DNA from: Octopus sinensis
Lineage: Eukaryota
Assembly (NCBI RefSeq): GCF_006345805.1
Contig: NC_043016.1
Coordinates: 20,274,001-20,338,000, forward strand
Length of the DNA: 64,000 bases
Direction of reading: 5' to 3'
In this document: positions 50,547-64,000 of the stretch, in pieces
Position numbering within the stretch: position 1 is the stretch's first letter
Layout of the letters: each line of letters begins with the position of its first letter
The notes under the pieces: generated by a model
What the model saw: only the letters and a program-made list of their open reading frames with translations
Database searches by the model: none
Told to the model about the DNA's origin: nothing
Program-made: the position numbers and the translations under genes

Positions 50547-52929
50547 TATATATATTTATGTTTGATTTTGAATGAATGAGGATACAGATATCATACTCAT
50601 ACCTCTAAGAAACAAACACATACAAACATAAACAGACATACATAAACATATACATACTAATGCCTTTATTACAAATCCTCAGTAAAATACCAGTGCTTGT
50701 ATCAGCCTGAATACTGACAAAGACCTTCAAACCATATAATATAAATGCAAATTTATTGATATGAGGTTTTTACTGAAGTATGGCAAAGGAGATTGTTAGA
50801 ATAAGTACCAGAATTTAAGAAATAAGTAACGGAATTGATTTGTTTCAACTGAATGTCCCAGCATGACTACAGTCCACTGACTGAAACACGTACAAGATAA
50901 AAGATAAATACTCATGTATGATATACCTTTTTATACATTATACATGAATGTACAGACATACATACATGAAAATATATTATGTGCGTGTGTACATGATAGT
51001 GGCAAAGAGTCAAATTGAGTGCTAAACACCACATTGGTGGATAGATACTTTATTTCTGGATTTTGTATAATAATTTCATGCTTCAGATGACACAATGCTC
51101 CACATTGAAAATAGTAGAAAAACTATCTCCATTTTGGACTTGGCTACATGGGATTTCACAAGACTACAAATCATCGATGATTGGAGTAGTGACTACAGCA
51201 GTTAGAGCTGATGTGAGTGAAAAGTATTCTATTAATAATGTTTTTTGAGGATTTTTAACTGAACCAATAAGAACATTAACAATTTTTTTTGTCATCAATC
51301 TTACTTTCATCAACAATTAAAAATACATTTTGATCAGCTCTTGCAATTTTCAACTGAGTTTGCATGAAGCATATCAACATATTTTCAGCACATAGATTGA
51401 CATGACAGTGACTTATTAATAAAAATCAAAGAGACTTTTCAAACTTGGACTAGTGAGCTCAATAAGGCAATGACAAAAATACTCCAGAATCAACTTCCAA
51501 AAAACCTAGCAGCACAACAGCTGATTCAGTTCAATTAATCTCAGATAAAAATTTACATAAAATAGTTAACAACAAATTTTAAAAATACATAAAAAATATA
51601 TACAGAAATATTAAGAAATATCCAGCATTCTGTACATTTAGGTATAGTGAAAATAATAGTAAGGAAAAGTACTTACTTTTGATGGTACATTTAAAATTCC
51701 TACATAACAGGCACAAAGAATTAAAACTAAGTAGATACACTTATAATTGGATTGTAATAAATAATTCTATTCTTAAAGAGGCCTGTTACATGAATTGGAA
51801 AATTGATGCAAATAATCAATATTAGCAGTTAGTATCAATCACCAATAACCAATATTGGTAAAAGTCCCTTAAAGCCAGAAATTTCTCTTAGAGAAAAACT
51901 GTATAGATATTCTAGACTTTTGTTTGTGTTCAAATGACTGGATGCACATAGTGTCAAATAATTTTCAACATTGGAGGGTAGGACAAACCATAGAGAGTGT
52001 TAAAAATAACTCCAAAGAGGTAGTCCAGTACAAAATCTCCAATAAAAACTAGCAGAAATATATCTCAAATTTAGGTTTAATCAATACATAAAAACAGATA
52101 TCAATGAATTTATTTATTCTTCGCAGTATCTAATCAAAAAAAAAAAAATTTTTTTTATGAATCTCCATTTTTTAACCTTATCTTAACTTTATGCATTGTT
52201 TTAACTTTATTAACTTTAAAAAGGGATTAATTAGGATGATTAATCATAAAAAGTTTATCTACGGTTTTAACTTTGAAACAAACATTTTTATGAATTTTAA
52301 CTTTTGGGCCAAAAAATACAAGACACAGGTATAGGCAGATACTTGGCCAAGGACTTTGGTAGTGGTTGCTTCTTTTATATTAGTAGTGTCTTGGTAACAA
52401 CGGTGTATTTGTGCAGTCAGCAATTTCAGGTGCATGTATTTGTGAACTTATGGATGTGTGTGTAATGTGTTTACATGCACTGTGGAAATTAAAATATACG
52501 GAAAATATACATTTATTAATGTAAATATTGAGTAAAGGTAAAAAGACATATAACAGATATAGACAGATTGGTGCTTAAACCAGGTCAAATATTTAAACTC
52601 CAACATCAAATGACAGAAGATGCCATCCAGGCAAACCAAGAGCTGGCTATAGGAAATGTAGCAGTCAAGCTAATGACAGTAAACTATTTTATTTCAAGTC
52701 TAAGCCCAAGTAGTTCTTCATAGATAGGAAGATATCCAAAGAGTTCATACTCTAATATCACAGATAAGAGAAAGGAGAATGCAGGGATTCCTTTGAAGCT
52801 ATTTCTGAGACGCAGTGATCGGGAAGTACAGTAATGTGCATTTTGCACACATATACATGTAGTAAATTGGTATTAGTGAATGTATATGAAACAATACAAA
52901 TTAAAAATTATTGTGCTTTCAGAAGGAAA

Positions 52930-53935
52930 TAAATTTCAGTGGTTGGACCCTACAGATAGACCAGCTATTTGAATAGGTGGTAGCCTGGTAGATAAACCAA
53001 TGAAAGATAGGAAGCTCCTAGCTCATCAGGAATTACCACTGAGATGCTTAAATTATCTAGTTAATATAGTCTAGTCAACTGTATAGTTAATCAGGTTGTC
53101 CACAAGGGAGTCATAGCCAATGCATGGCATGGCAGCACTATAGTCAACTGCTACAAAGGTAAAATTGATGCCTTTCTAAGAAATAATTACAGAGTTATCA
53201 AATTGTGGACCAGGTTATAAAAGTTACAGAAAGGGTCATAGCTCAACTAATTAGGAAGAGAGTTAACCTAGGTGAGATGCAGTTTGGTTTTGTGTCAGAA
53301 AGAAGCATTATTGATGCTATCTTCCTAGTAAGGCAACTGCAAGAGAAGCATTTAGCCAAAAGTAAACCTCTGTACTTGGCTTTTCCTGACAGAATGCCTG
53401 CTCCCTTATCTGGTGATCAGTGCAGAAACTAGGGATAGAAGAATAGTTGTTGAGAGCTGTATAAGCTATGAACAGGATATTTATTATTAGTAAGATGAAA
53501 GTTGGCAATGAGTGTAGAAATGAATTTAGTATACAGGCAGGAGTTAACCAATGGTTGGTTCTCAGCACCCTCTTGTTCATCATAGTCCTCCAGGCTATAA
53601 CCAAGGAGTGGAATCAAAGGGTCTTAGAGTTAATTTAGTAAAGAACAAAGTCCTAATAAGTTGGAAAACAGACAAATCACCAACCCTTTCAGAGAGATGG
53701 CTCAATATGTAGAGAAGGTGTTGGTAGAAACTCCATACAGTGTACCTAGTAAAAACTATGGACACAGAAAAGGGGCAGCAGAATCACAGGAAGGTTATCA
53801 GAGAAAGTAGTTTTTGTGAACAGCAAATGTGCAGGTACAATAAAAACTAAGAATGTACAGAAAATAAGTGCCCTCAAATATGTGGGGGTGGGGGTTTGGT
53901 GTCTTTCTGTTACCTATGTAACCGAATCAGCAGTG
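52930..53935 (+). mobile_element. Old decayed copy of the RTE LINE RT region
   Basis: DQVIKVTERVIAQLIR...MQFGF...DAIFLVRQLQEK; colinear with 37230-38380. Confidence 0.85.
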
Positions 53936-55516
53936 TTAAATGAATCTGGTTAGCTATATCAAACAATCAGATTCCAATGAATTCATGTATAACTCAACAA
54001 GTAAATCCAAATATCACTAAAATGGATTTCAAGAAATTCAGAGTAGAAGACAACAAGAACAAGAATGGAGAAAAATCACATCTTTAATTGATGATTATAC
54101 CATACATTATAAATGATCATTTCTATAGTGCCAGCATATTTAGATAGAGAAAAGGGTATGAAATACCAGTCAAATTAATATATCTGAAAATATATGCTAA
54201 CATATTTATCAAGGCAATCAAAAATGGGCTAAATTCAAAGCAAACTAAGAAAATATCTCCAATAGATTAACGCATACAAAGAAGAAAAAAAACATTAAGA
54301 AGAAATATGTTCTAAGAAAAACCAGTTTTGTATTTAACTTTTGATGAAGTCAGTAGATAATGAAAGAATAAAAAATAAACATAGAAATTCTATTACACAA
54401 TAATTAGTTAATAGAAATTCTACCTCACAACAATTAGTTATCTACCTTTTAAATATGGTAAAAAAAAATCTTTAGAAAAATTATGCATATTAAATTTATA
54501 AACTAATATGCATAATCTTTCTGAAATATTTAAATAATGTTCTATGTTTATGAGAACATTTCAATGTAAAGTTTTATTTATAGTTTAATTTAACAATTCT
54601 AATTTAGAATACATTTCCTCAAGGCAAAGATCAAATTTTAAGTTACCAGCATTGTATGATGGTGCATAACTAATAACAAACCACTTCAAATCATAGTTAA
54701 TGTACATATCTTTTAAATCCTAAATGCATTTAACAAGATTCATAGAATTACATTTTCTTCTAAATTTAAATGAAGGAGTATGGTTATGTCATCTAGATTT
54801 CCAAATTGTAGAAAAACAACAGATGCCATAATACATACCATCTCCTGTAATTCCCTGGTTCAATCTCCTGTAATTCTCTAATTCAATACACTATATTTTT
54901 ACTTGAACACTGATTTTCTAAAGGTCACAAGTTTGTTTTTGAAATTACAAAGGCATTTATTTACTCGTATGCGATACTCATGGTAAACAGAATTCATACT
55001 AATTCTCTTTGCAGAAGTAGGTGTTAAAGCAGGATTATTAGCTGTATTATGACCAATATTATTACTAGGTGTTATTTTAAAGCTTTTATCATTTTCACAG
55101 TCGGAATTACTTTTACCTAAAATACCAAAATCTAGTTCATGAAGATTATTAATAGAGCTAATTTCCCTATTTACACTATTGGATCTGCTCATGTTTACTA
55201 GTTTTGAATTGAGATACTGATGTTACTTTTGTTATGTGCTGCAATCATCTCTAGTGGTAAAATAGGAAACTTTTACTAAATGGCAATTAAACAATTTCCT
55301 GTACTTACTTGAAGGAGAGAAATATTTATCCAGTACAGCAAAGAATTTCCATTATACCAGATAATATTCCTTGATTTAGTTTTTCTATTATTTATATATA
55401 CATTTTTCTTAATATTAACATTATCAACATGTTTATAATTCTTAATTCTAGAATTAGATGTTCTCTTGCTGTAACTTTTATGCTTTAAGTTACACATATA
55501 CTTACATTCATTATTA

Positions 55517-56045
55517 CTGAATAAGAGAGCAGTGCATGCCATCAAAGTAACACTGGGGTTAAATATACAAAGCCCAGTATACCCATCATGACTACCCATC
55601 TAATAAGGGCACACCAGATACATACATCATAACCATATGTGCACAATATGGTGATCTCATATCAAGATAAATAGCGCATGACTTTGCAGTTAGAATTTGG
55701 GTCAAAATAATAAGGGTTGTTTAAGGATGTTGAACAAAACATCCATGTTTCCAGAAGTGAATTATCCAAACCCCAAACAATTCCTCTCAACACATGGCAA
55801 TGATGCAGCCCCACTACTTCTGCTGGTAATCAGAGATGCACATATTGTCAGCCACTAAGGGACATACTCAATTGGTTATGGTCAAACAATTGACAAGCAA
55901 ATTTCCCCAAGACACCTGATGAAGGCTGGAGGGTATATCAGCCAAAATGTTGTATTAACAACAAACAAGATGAGGACAAATAACCAGCAAATCTAAATAA
56001 TGTAAATAACGTACATAATTCCTCATCTCTTAAATATAGAACTGC
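55517..56045 (+). mobile_element. About 530-bp non-coding repeat with a hammerhead-like motif near its 3' end
   Basis: GC-richer island interrupting AT-rich PLE sequence; contains the CTGATGA...stem II motif at 55912-55955. Confidence 0.5.
55912..55955 (+). ncRNA. Minimal hammerhead-ribozyme-like motif (canonical C3:G8), mutated
   Basis: ACAC-CTGATGA-A-GGCTG(gagggtatat)CAGCC-AAAA-TG-TT-GTAT. GAAA to AAAA and ACGT to ATGT are both explicable as CpG transitions. Confidence 0.55.
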
Positions 56046-56381
56046 ATATTCATTCAGTCAAGACAGATGTTAGTATTTTATACAGTGTTGTTAAGCAGAT
56101 TATGGGTCTATACTTTTTTTGGTTCATTTATTTCTTCATTTTTTGGAAGTAACACCATTACTTCTTGGAAGTAACACCATTAACTAGCCAAGAATCATAC
56201 AAGGTTGTAGCAAAACATTGTTGTAAAGTTTCGTTAGCAATTCATGACTCCTTGGGAAGGCATTCGACCTGAAGTTAGGAATCTTCATCTTTTCCTGGAG
56301 ACTTCCATTTGTTGCTAATATTATTAATGTTTATTCCAATCATATGTTTAGTATCTACAGAGTTAAATTTATGCTTGTTAA

Positions 56382-56898
56382 TCTATATATATAAAACTGT
56401 AGCTGTGTGAGTGTCTGTCCCCTTCGATTTAGATTCCTAACTCCTCCCACATTTTGCGGTGCAGTTTAACCAAATTCGAGTATCTTATAGTCATGATTCA
56501 CATCAAGCCCGTCTGGCTATTAGCGCGCGTCTACGATGAGTCTACGATTTTAAAAATAATTTAACATCATTTTTTATTCCATTTTAATGCATAATTTTTC
56601 GTGTGTCGATGGCGGCGGAGTTGGCGTCCACGCTCAAACACCTGCACCCGTGTTTGCTTCTCCCCCATCTTCCTTCCCTCGTGAAGCTGTGGGGAAGGGA
56701 GTGTAAGGAAATCAACGTCGTAATGCGTTGTCAAGGAGACCAGCGTTCTTTTAGAACAACGACTTCATGGCTTGAAGACACCAAAACAGAAATGGCTAAG
56801 AAAGCCCGAATTGGCATCTATAAGGGAAGTAACTCTCTAAAAATGCTTATATAGTTATTTCCCTTGCAAACCCGAGCAACGCCGGGCGATACTGCTAG
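56382..56898 (+). mobile_element. Non-autonomous Helitron (family of 2114-2472) with an extra GC-rich internal segment
   Basis: A|TC 5' end; CCCGAGCAACGCCGGGCGATACTGCTAG|T 3' end identical to the first copy. Confidence 0.85.
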
Positions 56899-59654
56899 TA
56901 TTAATATGTTTATTTTCAATACTTCCTTCTTTACTGATCATATTTCTATCCTTATTCATGCTATTACTTAGTTTACTTAAATAAGATTCCTTGATGTATT
57001 TACTTTTATTGCACTCAGTATCAAGTTACAGCATATTTAATATCCTATCATTACTGGGAACTTTATTAATATTTTGATTGTGGATATAGTAAATTTTGTC
57101 ATTATACCCAGCTTAGATAATGAGTGGTTTATAGTGATTTTCATTTTGTGCAAATACATCCATATTAGTAGAAAGCTTTGAAATATGAGTTAATATATTT
57201 TCAAGGATAGAATTTATGATGCTTCTAAGATTACAATTTTTATTCACATACCTCAAGCACTCATTCAGTTTATGATATGGTTGGTATAGTTCTGTACTTA
57301 AATCCAGAGTAACTTTAAATCCAGAGGAAGTTAACTTTAGTATAATCATTTTCTATGGAGATAGAGAATTGGAGATAAAGAATAGAGAATATGGAGATAA
57401 AGAATTTAACAAGTTTCTTCTGGGTCCTTACTAGATATATGGATAGTGAAAAGAACATCATCTGTATATAATCCACCCACTAATTCAAGAAATTCACTAT
57501 GTATACAGTTAAGAATGTACATGTCCACTAAATCAGTTACTTGAGTGGAGTTGCTGGACCCCATAGTAATGTCAAAATAATCAGATCTATTGGTCCTAGC
57601 CCAGTACTTTCCATTGAATTCTGTTATGGTCTTCCTAGCTATTAGTATAATGGCAACTTCATGTTTGAATAAATTTGAATTCTTCATCACAAAAATTAAG
57701 GCTTTATTGAGAAGTAAAAGGTTAATGGATGAAAAATAATTTGATATATCCAACAGAACAGATTTAGTATGTTTTTTTTTTATCCTTAATATTATTGAAC
57801 CAATCAATTACTTCCAAGAAATTAGACTAAAAACATAAATTAAATTAACATTTTGTCTAAGCTTAGGGAAATGCTTATCAATAATCATAATAAATTTATT
57901 AATCTTACCAATATCTGATTTAGATGGGCAAATTAGTCTACAGACACACACGCACACACACATCTTATACATGGAAAAATTAAGACAAACATAAGTATAA
58001 TTATTAGTTCCTATGTACATTTCACCATTGCAGTTGAAACTCAGCGCTGGATGTTCCAAGTGCATTTGGATGCTTCATCACAACAGATCATTGGAGGAAC
58101 ATTTTATTATAGAGAACAAATATCTGATCTCTAAAAGAATGTAACATTGTTCCCTTGCTGAGCCATTGCAGTTAGGCATCCAAATACATTTGGAACGTCT
58201 AATGTTGAGCCCCGTGATCTGTATACCATAACTAGTATCACCACTAAGTACAGTGGAGAATAACTACTATACTGGAGACTGATTGTATAATATTGTATAA
58301 TGATAATCTACATGAAGTGAAACTCATACAGTAGTGATCATACATCTAATTGTACACAGTACATATATAATATATAATAAACAATTGCAGCATGGAAGAT
58401 GTTTATGAGCCACTTAAGAAACACACAAAATCCGTTAGATTTACTTCAACATTTAAATTTAATTTGTCAAAATATTTTTATTGCTTTGAGACCGCGACCT
58501 GTTCTCTGACAAAATTCCGTGCAGCATCTTATAGCAGAAACAACTGTAAGCTATTGAATTTCATAAAATAACTGTTTTTTTTACCTTTGTCATCTCACAC
58601 ATATACATACAGATACATACAAATCTCTGTTGATTCATTAGAAGCAGTAAATGACAGGATTCAGCACAAAAGTAACTGAAAGGTTCCCATTTTCATTAAT
58701 CAGAGTTACTTGTTTCCAATCACCCGCTGATAAATCAACCCTGCTTCTCTCCAGAAATATTCACATACACATATCTAATGATTGGTGAAGCAGCATCATA
58801 GTCAGCTGTTAACTAGGGTAAAGAAGATACTTTACAAGAAATTGTAGAAAGATGAAACTGCCAGACTAGATCACGAAAGTTATGAAGAATTATAACCCGA
58901 ATTAATTAGGAACAAAATTAGAGTTGATGAGATAAAATTTAGTTTTGTGAGTGGGAGATGTAATACTGATGTCATTTTAGTGAACAACTACAGGAGAAAT
59001 ATTTAGCTGAAAATAAGTCATTGTACTTTGCATTCAATCTTGAACAGAGTCCATCACGTTGTGATCTGGTGATTTTCAAGGAAGCTAGAAAAAAGGCTTG
59101 TGAGAGAACTAAAGCCATGTACAGAGATACTTTCAATAAGGTGCAAGTTAACAATAAGTATAGCAATGAATTTAGAGTATAGGGAATGAATTTGATTCTC
59201 AGTTCTTCCCTATTCATTATAGTTGTGTACACTATAACAAAGGAATTTAGTTAAGAATACTGCTTGTACATGCAGAGGTCGATCTTATCTCCTCTCTCTC
59301 TGTCCCATTTCTCAATACACAATGCTTCAAGCGAACTACAATATTCTCTTATTGACATTATAATTGTTTCTGTAAATGAATAATATTATTTATTCCATAT
59401 CTGATAGTGTTATGCAATATATATAATGTTATGTAATACATGACATAATATATAAAAATATATAGTAATATTTGTATAGTTCTTTCCCTTCTTCAGATGT
59501 CATGATTTGAAGGCACAATCAGCCTAATTCATTTTGGGACAAACTTTTTGGGCATGTTTACAATATGTAAATAAACCAAACACTGAACGCATTCAGTTAT
59601 ATTTCTTTTAATATTGAATACACTCATAATAAAAGGTATGGAAATGAATCAAAA

Positions 59655-60750
59655 TTTTATGATGTGATTTGTGTGGATTGGGTGTAGGAATAGTATTACC
59701 CAAATAAATGTTTGGATATGGTTATCTAGAATAGCCTTTTGCAGAATTAATATGTTTACACAGAATATACTCCATACTATGTCAAAAATATAGGTACAAT
59801 ATTAAACTAATACTGTAATCCAATACAAACAATCAATACTGTCAACAGCTGATAGTTCACAGTTTCTTTATTTTATTTTACTGAAATGTGTCAGTCCACT
59901 TTTGAACATGTGGGGGTGGTCAGGATCTTTCTAAAACATCTCCCCTTTCTGCGAATTAAACTCCATCCAGAGTTTAATATTTCTTATGCTTGGGGTCTAA
60001 TTTTTTGTAATATTCATCATTGCCAGTGTGTATTAGATAAAGTTGAAAATCTTTGAAAGTGTATTAACAGTTTCTTTAAAACAGACTTCCTCTGGTCTGT
60101 TTGGTAATATGTAGTTATAGTATTTTTTGTGCTCAGCTGGGGACAACTTCCTCAACAAAAGTTGGGTTTTTGTTTCATCTTGCTTTAAAAATCTCCTCAT
60201 GCCTTCTGTAGTACACAGGAAAGGTAATATCCTCATCTAAGTTATATGTGAATTCACTGATGGCGTTTGTGACCATATCAGGGCTGAACAATGTCAATAT
60301 ATTTTCTGTTTTGTTGAGTAGCAACTGTATTAGTAGTTTCTGTTGCTTTTGCAATTCCACTAATTGCTGTCATTGCTGCTGTTGTTTCTGTGTAATTCAA
60401 TTACTGATGCCAATAATTCTTCCATGTTGAAAACAACAATCTATCCAGCCTGGGTTCGAATATCTTCACTGCCAATTGGGTTATGACATAGTTGGGGTGT
60501 GCGCAAGGGTGTAGGAATAGTATTACCCAAATAAATATTTGGATACGGTTATCTAGAATAACCTTTTGCAAAATTAATATGATCATGCAGAACGTACTCT
60601 GACTATGCCGAACATAGGTACAATATTAAACTAACACAGTCTTCCAATATGAACAATCAACACTGTCAAATGCTGACAGTTTCTTTATTTTACAGAAATG
60701 AGTCGTTCCACTTTTGGTTATGTGGGGGTGATCAGTATCCTTCCACAGCA
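59655..60750 (-). mobile_element. Internally deleted Gypsy-type LTR retroelement (two LTRs, PBS, gag fragment, PPT)
   Basis: LTRs at about 59655-59938 and 60477-60750; PBS TGGCAGTGAAGATATTCGAACCC (60452-60474); PPT AGAAAGGGGAGA (59939-59950); gag-like ITFPVYYRRHEEIF / KTQLLLRKL...YYNYILP; TSD CAAAA at 59650-59654 and 60751-60755. Confidence 0.85.
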
Positions 60751-61584
60751 CAAAATAAAGTTGGTTAGCAGTTCTAGATCAAAGCATTTATCACAGAACA
60801 ACAAGCCATTTAATAATTTTTATGGTGACATTTAGCAGCTGGAATAAACAGACTAGAGACTAGTAAAAGAATGTCCACACTATGACCACACCCATCCCAT
60901 TCCTAGCACATTCACATCCAAACCACACACACTCACAGACATACATAAATACGCACACCAACACGGATGAGCTTCCATCTATTCACACATGCTTAATTAC
61001 AATGCCAAGATAGCTTAGCGCATTATACATACAGACACACATACACTGGTATACATACATATACAAAGCATGTACATGTTCACATACACATATATATATA
61101 CATATGCATACATACATGCCGTATTCATCAAACTTAAAAGAAATACGTTTATTCACACAAGGGTTTGTTTTCAAACATATATATATACACACACACACAT
61201 ACAAAGATCAATACATAGACCTACACATATATATACACATGTATGCATATACACACATACTAAAACGCATACTTGTATATGTATACATACATACACCTAC
61301 ATACATACACATATTTATTTATGATCATATAAATACACACACACACATATATATATGTACATGCACACACAAACAACCATATACACATAACCACATACAT
61401 GTTCACACACTTGCATGCAGACACACACATGCATACTTACATATATACAATATTCACTGAACAGAAAAGAGAACAAAAGAAGCTCAACTGAAAACAATAT
61501 AGAACTCTAAGTTTATAAACACAAAAGCCCCACAACAACTACCTTCACATTGTCCCCTCCCAAGTACATAATTTTAGAGCTGCA

Positions 61585-62360
61585 ACCATCAATGTTAGCA
61601 TAATGAAAGGGAAATCTGGTGAGATTATTGAAATGGAATGTTGTCATAGCCATGTGTGTAGTGTGCAAGAAGTGAGATTGAATCTGCTAGATTCCCCATG
61701 GGTAAGAAACAGAGGTTCAAATTCTTTGGGATAGGCAGAAGTGATAGAGTGAATAGTGTTGGCATACTCTTAGCAAAAAAAATGGGTAGATAAGGTAATT
61801 GAGGTAGTCAGAGTATGCGATAGGGTTATTAAGTTGCTACTTACCATAGATAAATTAACAGCTACATTTATCTATGACTATGCTTCACAGGCTGGGCTGG
61901 GCTGGCTGGTAACCAGAAGGACCAATTCTATGAGGTCCTTTTGCAGACTATCTCAACAACAAATGTCAGTGACTTAGTTACTAGGCTGGTGACTTTAATG
62001 GACATGTTGGGCAGCATTCCCATGTATCCTATGGTGTGCATGGTGGTTATGACTTTGGCTCCAGGAATGAGGAGGGAACAAGGCTACTGGAGTTCTGTGA
62101 CACAAATGATCTCATGATCTGCAACACTAACTTCAGCAAACCAGTCAACCACCTAATCACATATCAGTCTGGTGGGAATATAAGCCAGGTCAGCCACATC
62201 CTCACCAGACAATGAGATAGGCAGATGCTCACAAATGCAAAGTCTTTCCCAGGTGTAGAGTGTACACCCCAACAGGCTACTAGTTATTGACTTCAGAATT
62301 AGGGCTAGAAAGACTTGGAGAACCAAACCATACTGAAAAAGAAGATAATGGAAGCCTCTG
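61585..62360 (+). mobile_element. Decayed RTE LINE endonuclease (APE) region
   Basis: VQEVR, AGDFNGHVG, RNEEGTRLLEFC...CNTNF; its 3' part is colinear with 36401-36670. Confidence 0.8.
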
Positions 62361-63420
62361 ATGACAGAGAGGAGGAGGAGGAAGAAGGGAAATATAGCTT
62401 AGAGGACATTAAACAATGATGATGATGATATATGTGGCCATCCATTATACATGCTTGTCCATTATGGCTTTGCCCCCTCCCTCTCCCAGCCAAGAGAGGT
62501 CTTTGTCTTACAGGTGCCAGTGCCACATAAAATGACCTTGTGTTGGTGCCATATAAATGTATCCCTGCCAATGGTGCATAAAGAGCACTCAACATACTCT
62601 ATAAAGTGGCTGGCATTAGAAAGGCATCCAGCCATAGAAACCATGCCACAGAAGACAACTGTAGTTTGGACTGCTCCTGTCAAACTATTCAACTCATGCC
62701 AGCATGGAAAACATTAAACAATGATGATGATGGTTATGATGGTTATATACTTTTTTCTTGTTTCAGTCATTGACTGTGGCCATGTTGAAGAACCACCTCC
62801 ACCTTAATGTGGCCATGCTGGAACTTACATATAAATATACACACACACACACACACACACATTCATAAACACATGCATACACACACACACATACACACAC
62901 ACTTACATATATCATTACACACCTGAACATGCATATATGAATTTACACAAATGTGCACATCTTTATATACATACACAGAAAAATACATACTCACTCAGAG
63001 AATAGGAATACTTTAACACAAAATGATGCAGGCAATAGTGGGTAATGAAGCATAGTTATTGGGGTTAGATGGCATAAGAGTATTACAAAGAGAGAAAAAT
63101 ATAACAGTTTAGAAAATAATACAAAATATAGTAATATAGAAGGTAGTAGTATGCATTTATAAAAAAAATAACACAAAATTATGTAGACAGAGGTATCTAG
63201 ACTGAGTGTAGTTCTGAGTGTCAGATAATGAGGAAAGAGTATTACTAATAGCTAGTGATGGATATGTGCTCAATACCAGTTATAAAATATATATAAAAAT
63301 ATAAAAAGTGAAAAGTGGAATTTTAAATAAAAGATACAGTAAAATAAGATAACATAAAATTATAAATACAAAATATAAAAATATAGAATAAAAAATAAGA
63401 TAAACATTAAAGTAACATTA

Positions 63421-63749
63421 TTTAACACACTCACCGGTAAAATTTCCACTTATTTCTTATTTTTATTTTCGAAAAAAATTTTCGTTGCGTCTTGCAACCT
63501 TTTCAATAGTCTTCTATTTTCATTGCGTCTTGCGATCTTTTCAATAGTCTTGAGAGTCAAGACTATAGAAAAGGTTGCAAGACGCAACAAAAATTTTAGA
63601 AAATAAAAATAAAAAATAAGTGGAAATTTTACCGGTGAGTGTGTTAAATAATAAGGCACTAAAAGAGAATGACTCTCCCCAGACACAACAGAATATGCTT
63701 CAACACATGAACTCATATAAAGAATCTTGCAGACCAAATCCAAAAACGA
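63421..63749. mobile_element. Solo palindromic PLE terminal-repeat structure with three hammerhead-like copies
   Basis: 63421-63513 is the reverse complement of 63559-63648, with an extra partial copy at 63514-63552. The right arm matches 44888-45088. Confidence 0.8.
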
Positions 63750-64000
63750 AATTAAAGTAACAAATATTGTAAAAATATGAGACCATAATTAAAAAGAAAA
63801 GTAAAAGATAATTAAGAAATTCCAAATTAAAAGAAAATCATAACCAATAGTCTAGGATGTAGTCTTGGTCAAAATCTCCAAATGAGATGAAGTATAAAAT
63901 TTTAAAAAACGAGACTATAGATAAAGTAAAAATATAATCTAAAAGATCTTTAAGAAATCCTTAATCTAAAGAAAATATATAAAAAATATGGGAGTAAAGT

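Larger units (their letters stand above)
54860..57950 (-). mobile_element. Decayed PLE (RT plus Asn-rich downstream region), interrupted by two insertions
   Basis: CPSKSDIGKI, LDISNYFSSI, FDITMGS....QVTDLV, GLYTDD, LDLST..YQPYHK.N..LRYVN. The left boundary is uncertain. Confidence 0.7.

Noticed and set aside
51677-51699. Possible 23-nt micro-exon (TAG|...|GTAAGT, minus strand)
   Set aside because: Weak polypyrimidine tract, frame-shifting length and no WDR20 similarity.
54899-55192. 97-aa Asn/Ser-rich ORF as an upstream WDR20 exon
   Set aside because: Lacks the expected PTCHDFN...FNEE motifs and fits better as low-complexity PLE sequence.

Overview
AT-rich, microsatellite- and transposon-dense animal genomic DNA whose repeat families look like those of Octopus (species inferred, not proven). 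The only clear host gene is WDR20 on the minus strand. One large coding exon lies at 42294/42309-43562, the upstream exons are beyond the right end of the window, and several candidate small or terminal exons lie downstream. The rest is decayed mobile DNA: Penelope-like elements (PLEs), RTE and CR1 LINEs, tRNA-derived SINEs, Helitrons, Tc1/mariner remnants, MITEs and an internally deleted Gypsy element. The most notable observations are: (i) at least three repeat families carry minimal hammerhead-ribozyme-like motifs with the same architecture but different 3:8 core pairs (C:G, U:A, G:C); (ii) a tandemly duplicated 31-nt candidate stop-containing WDR20 exon; (iii) a strong AG|GTAAGT recursive-splice-like site; (iv) many long inverted repeats within or downstream of WDR20. 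All calls were made by eye, so coordinates of decayed repeats are approximate.
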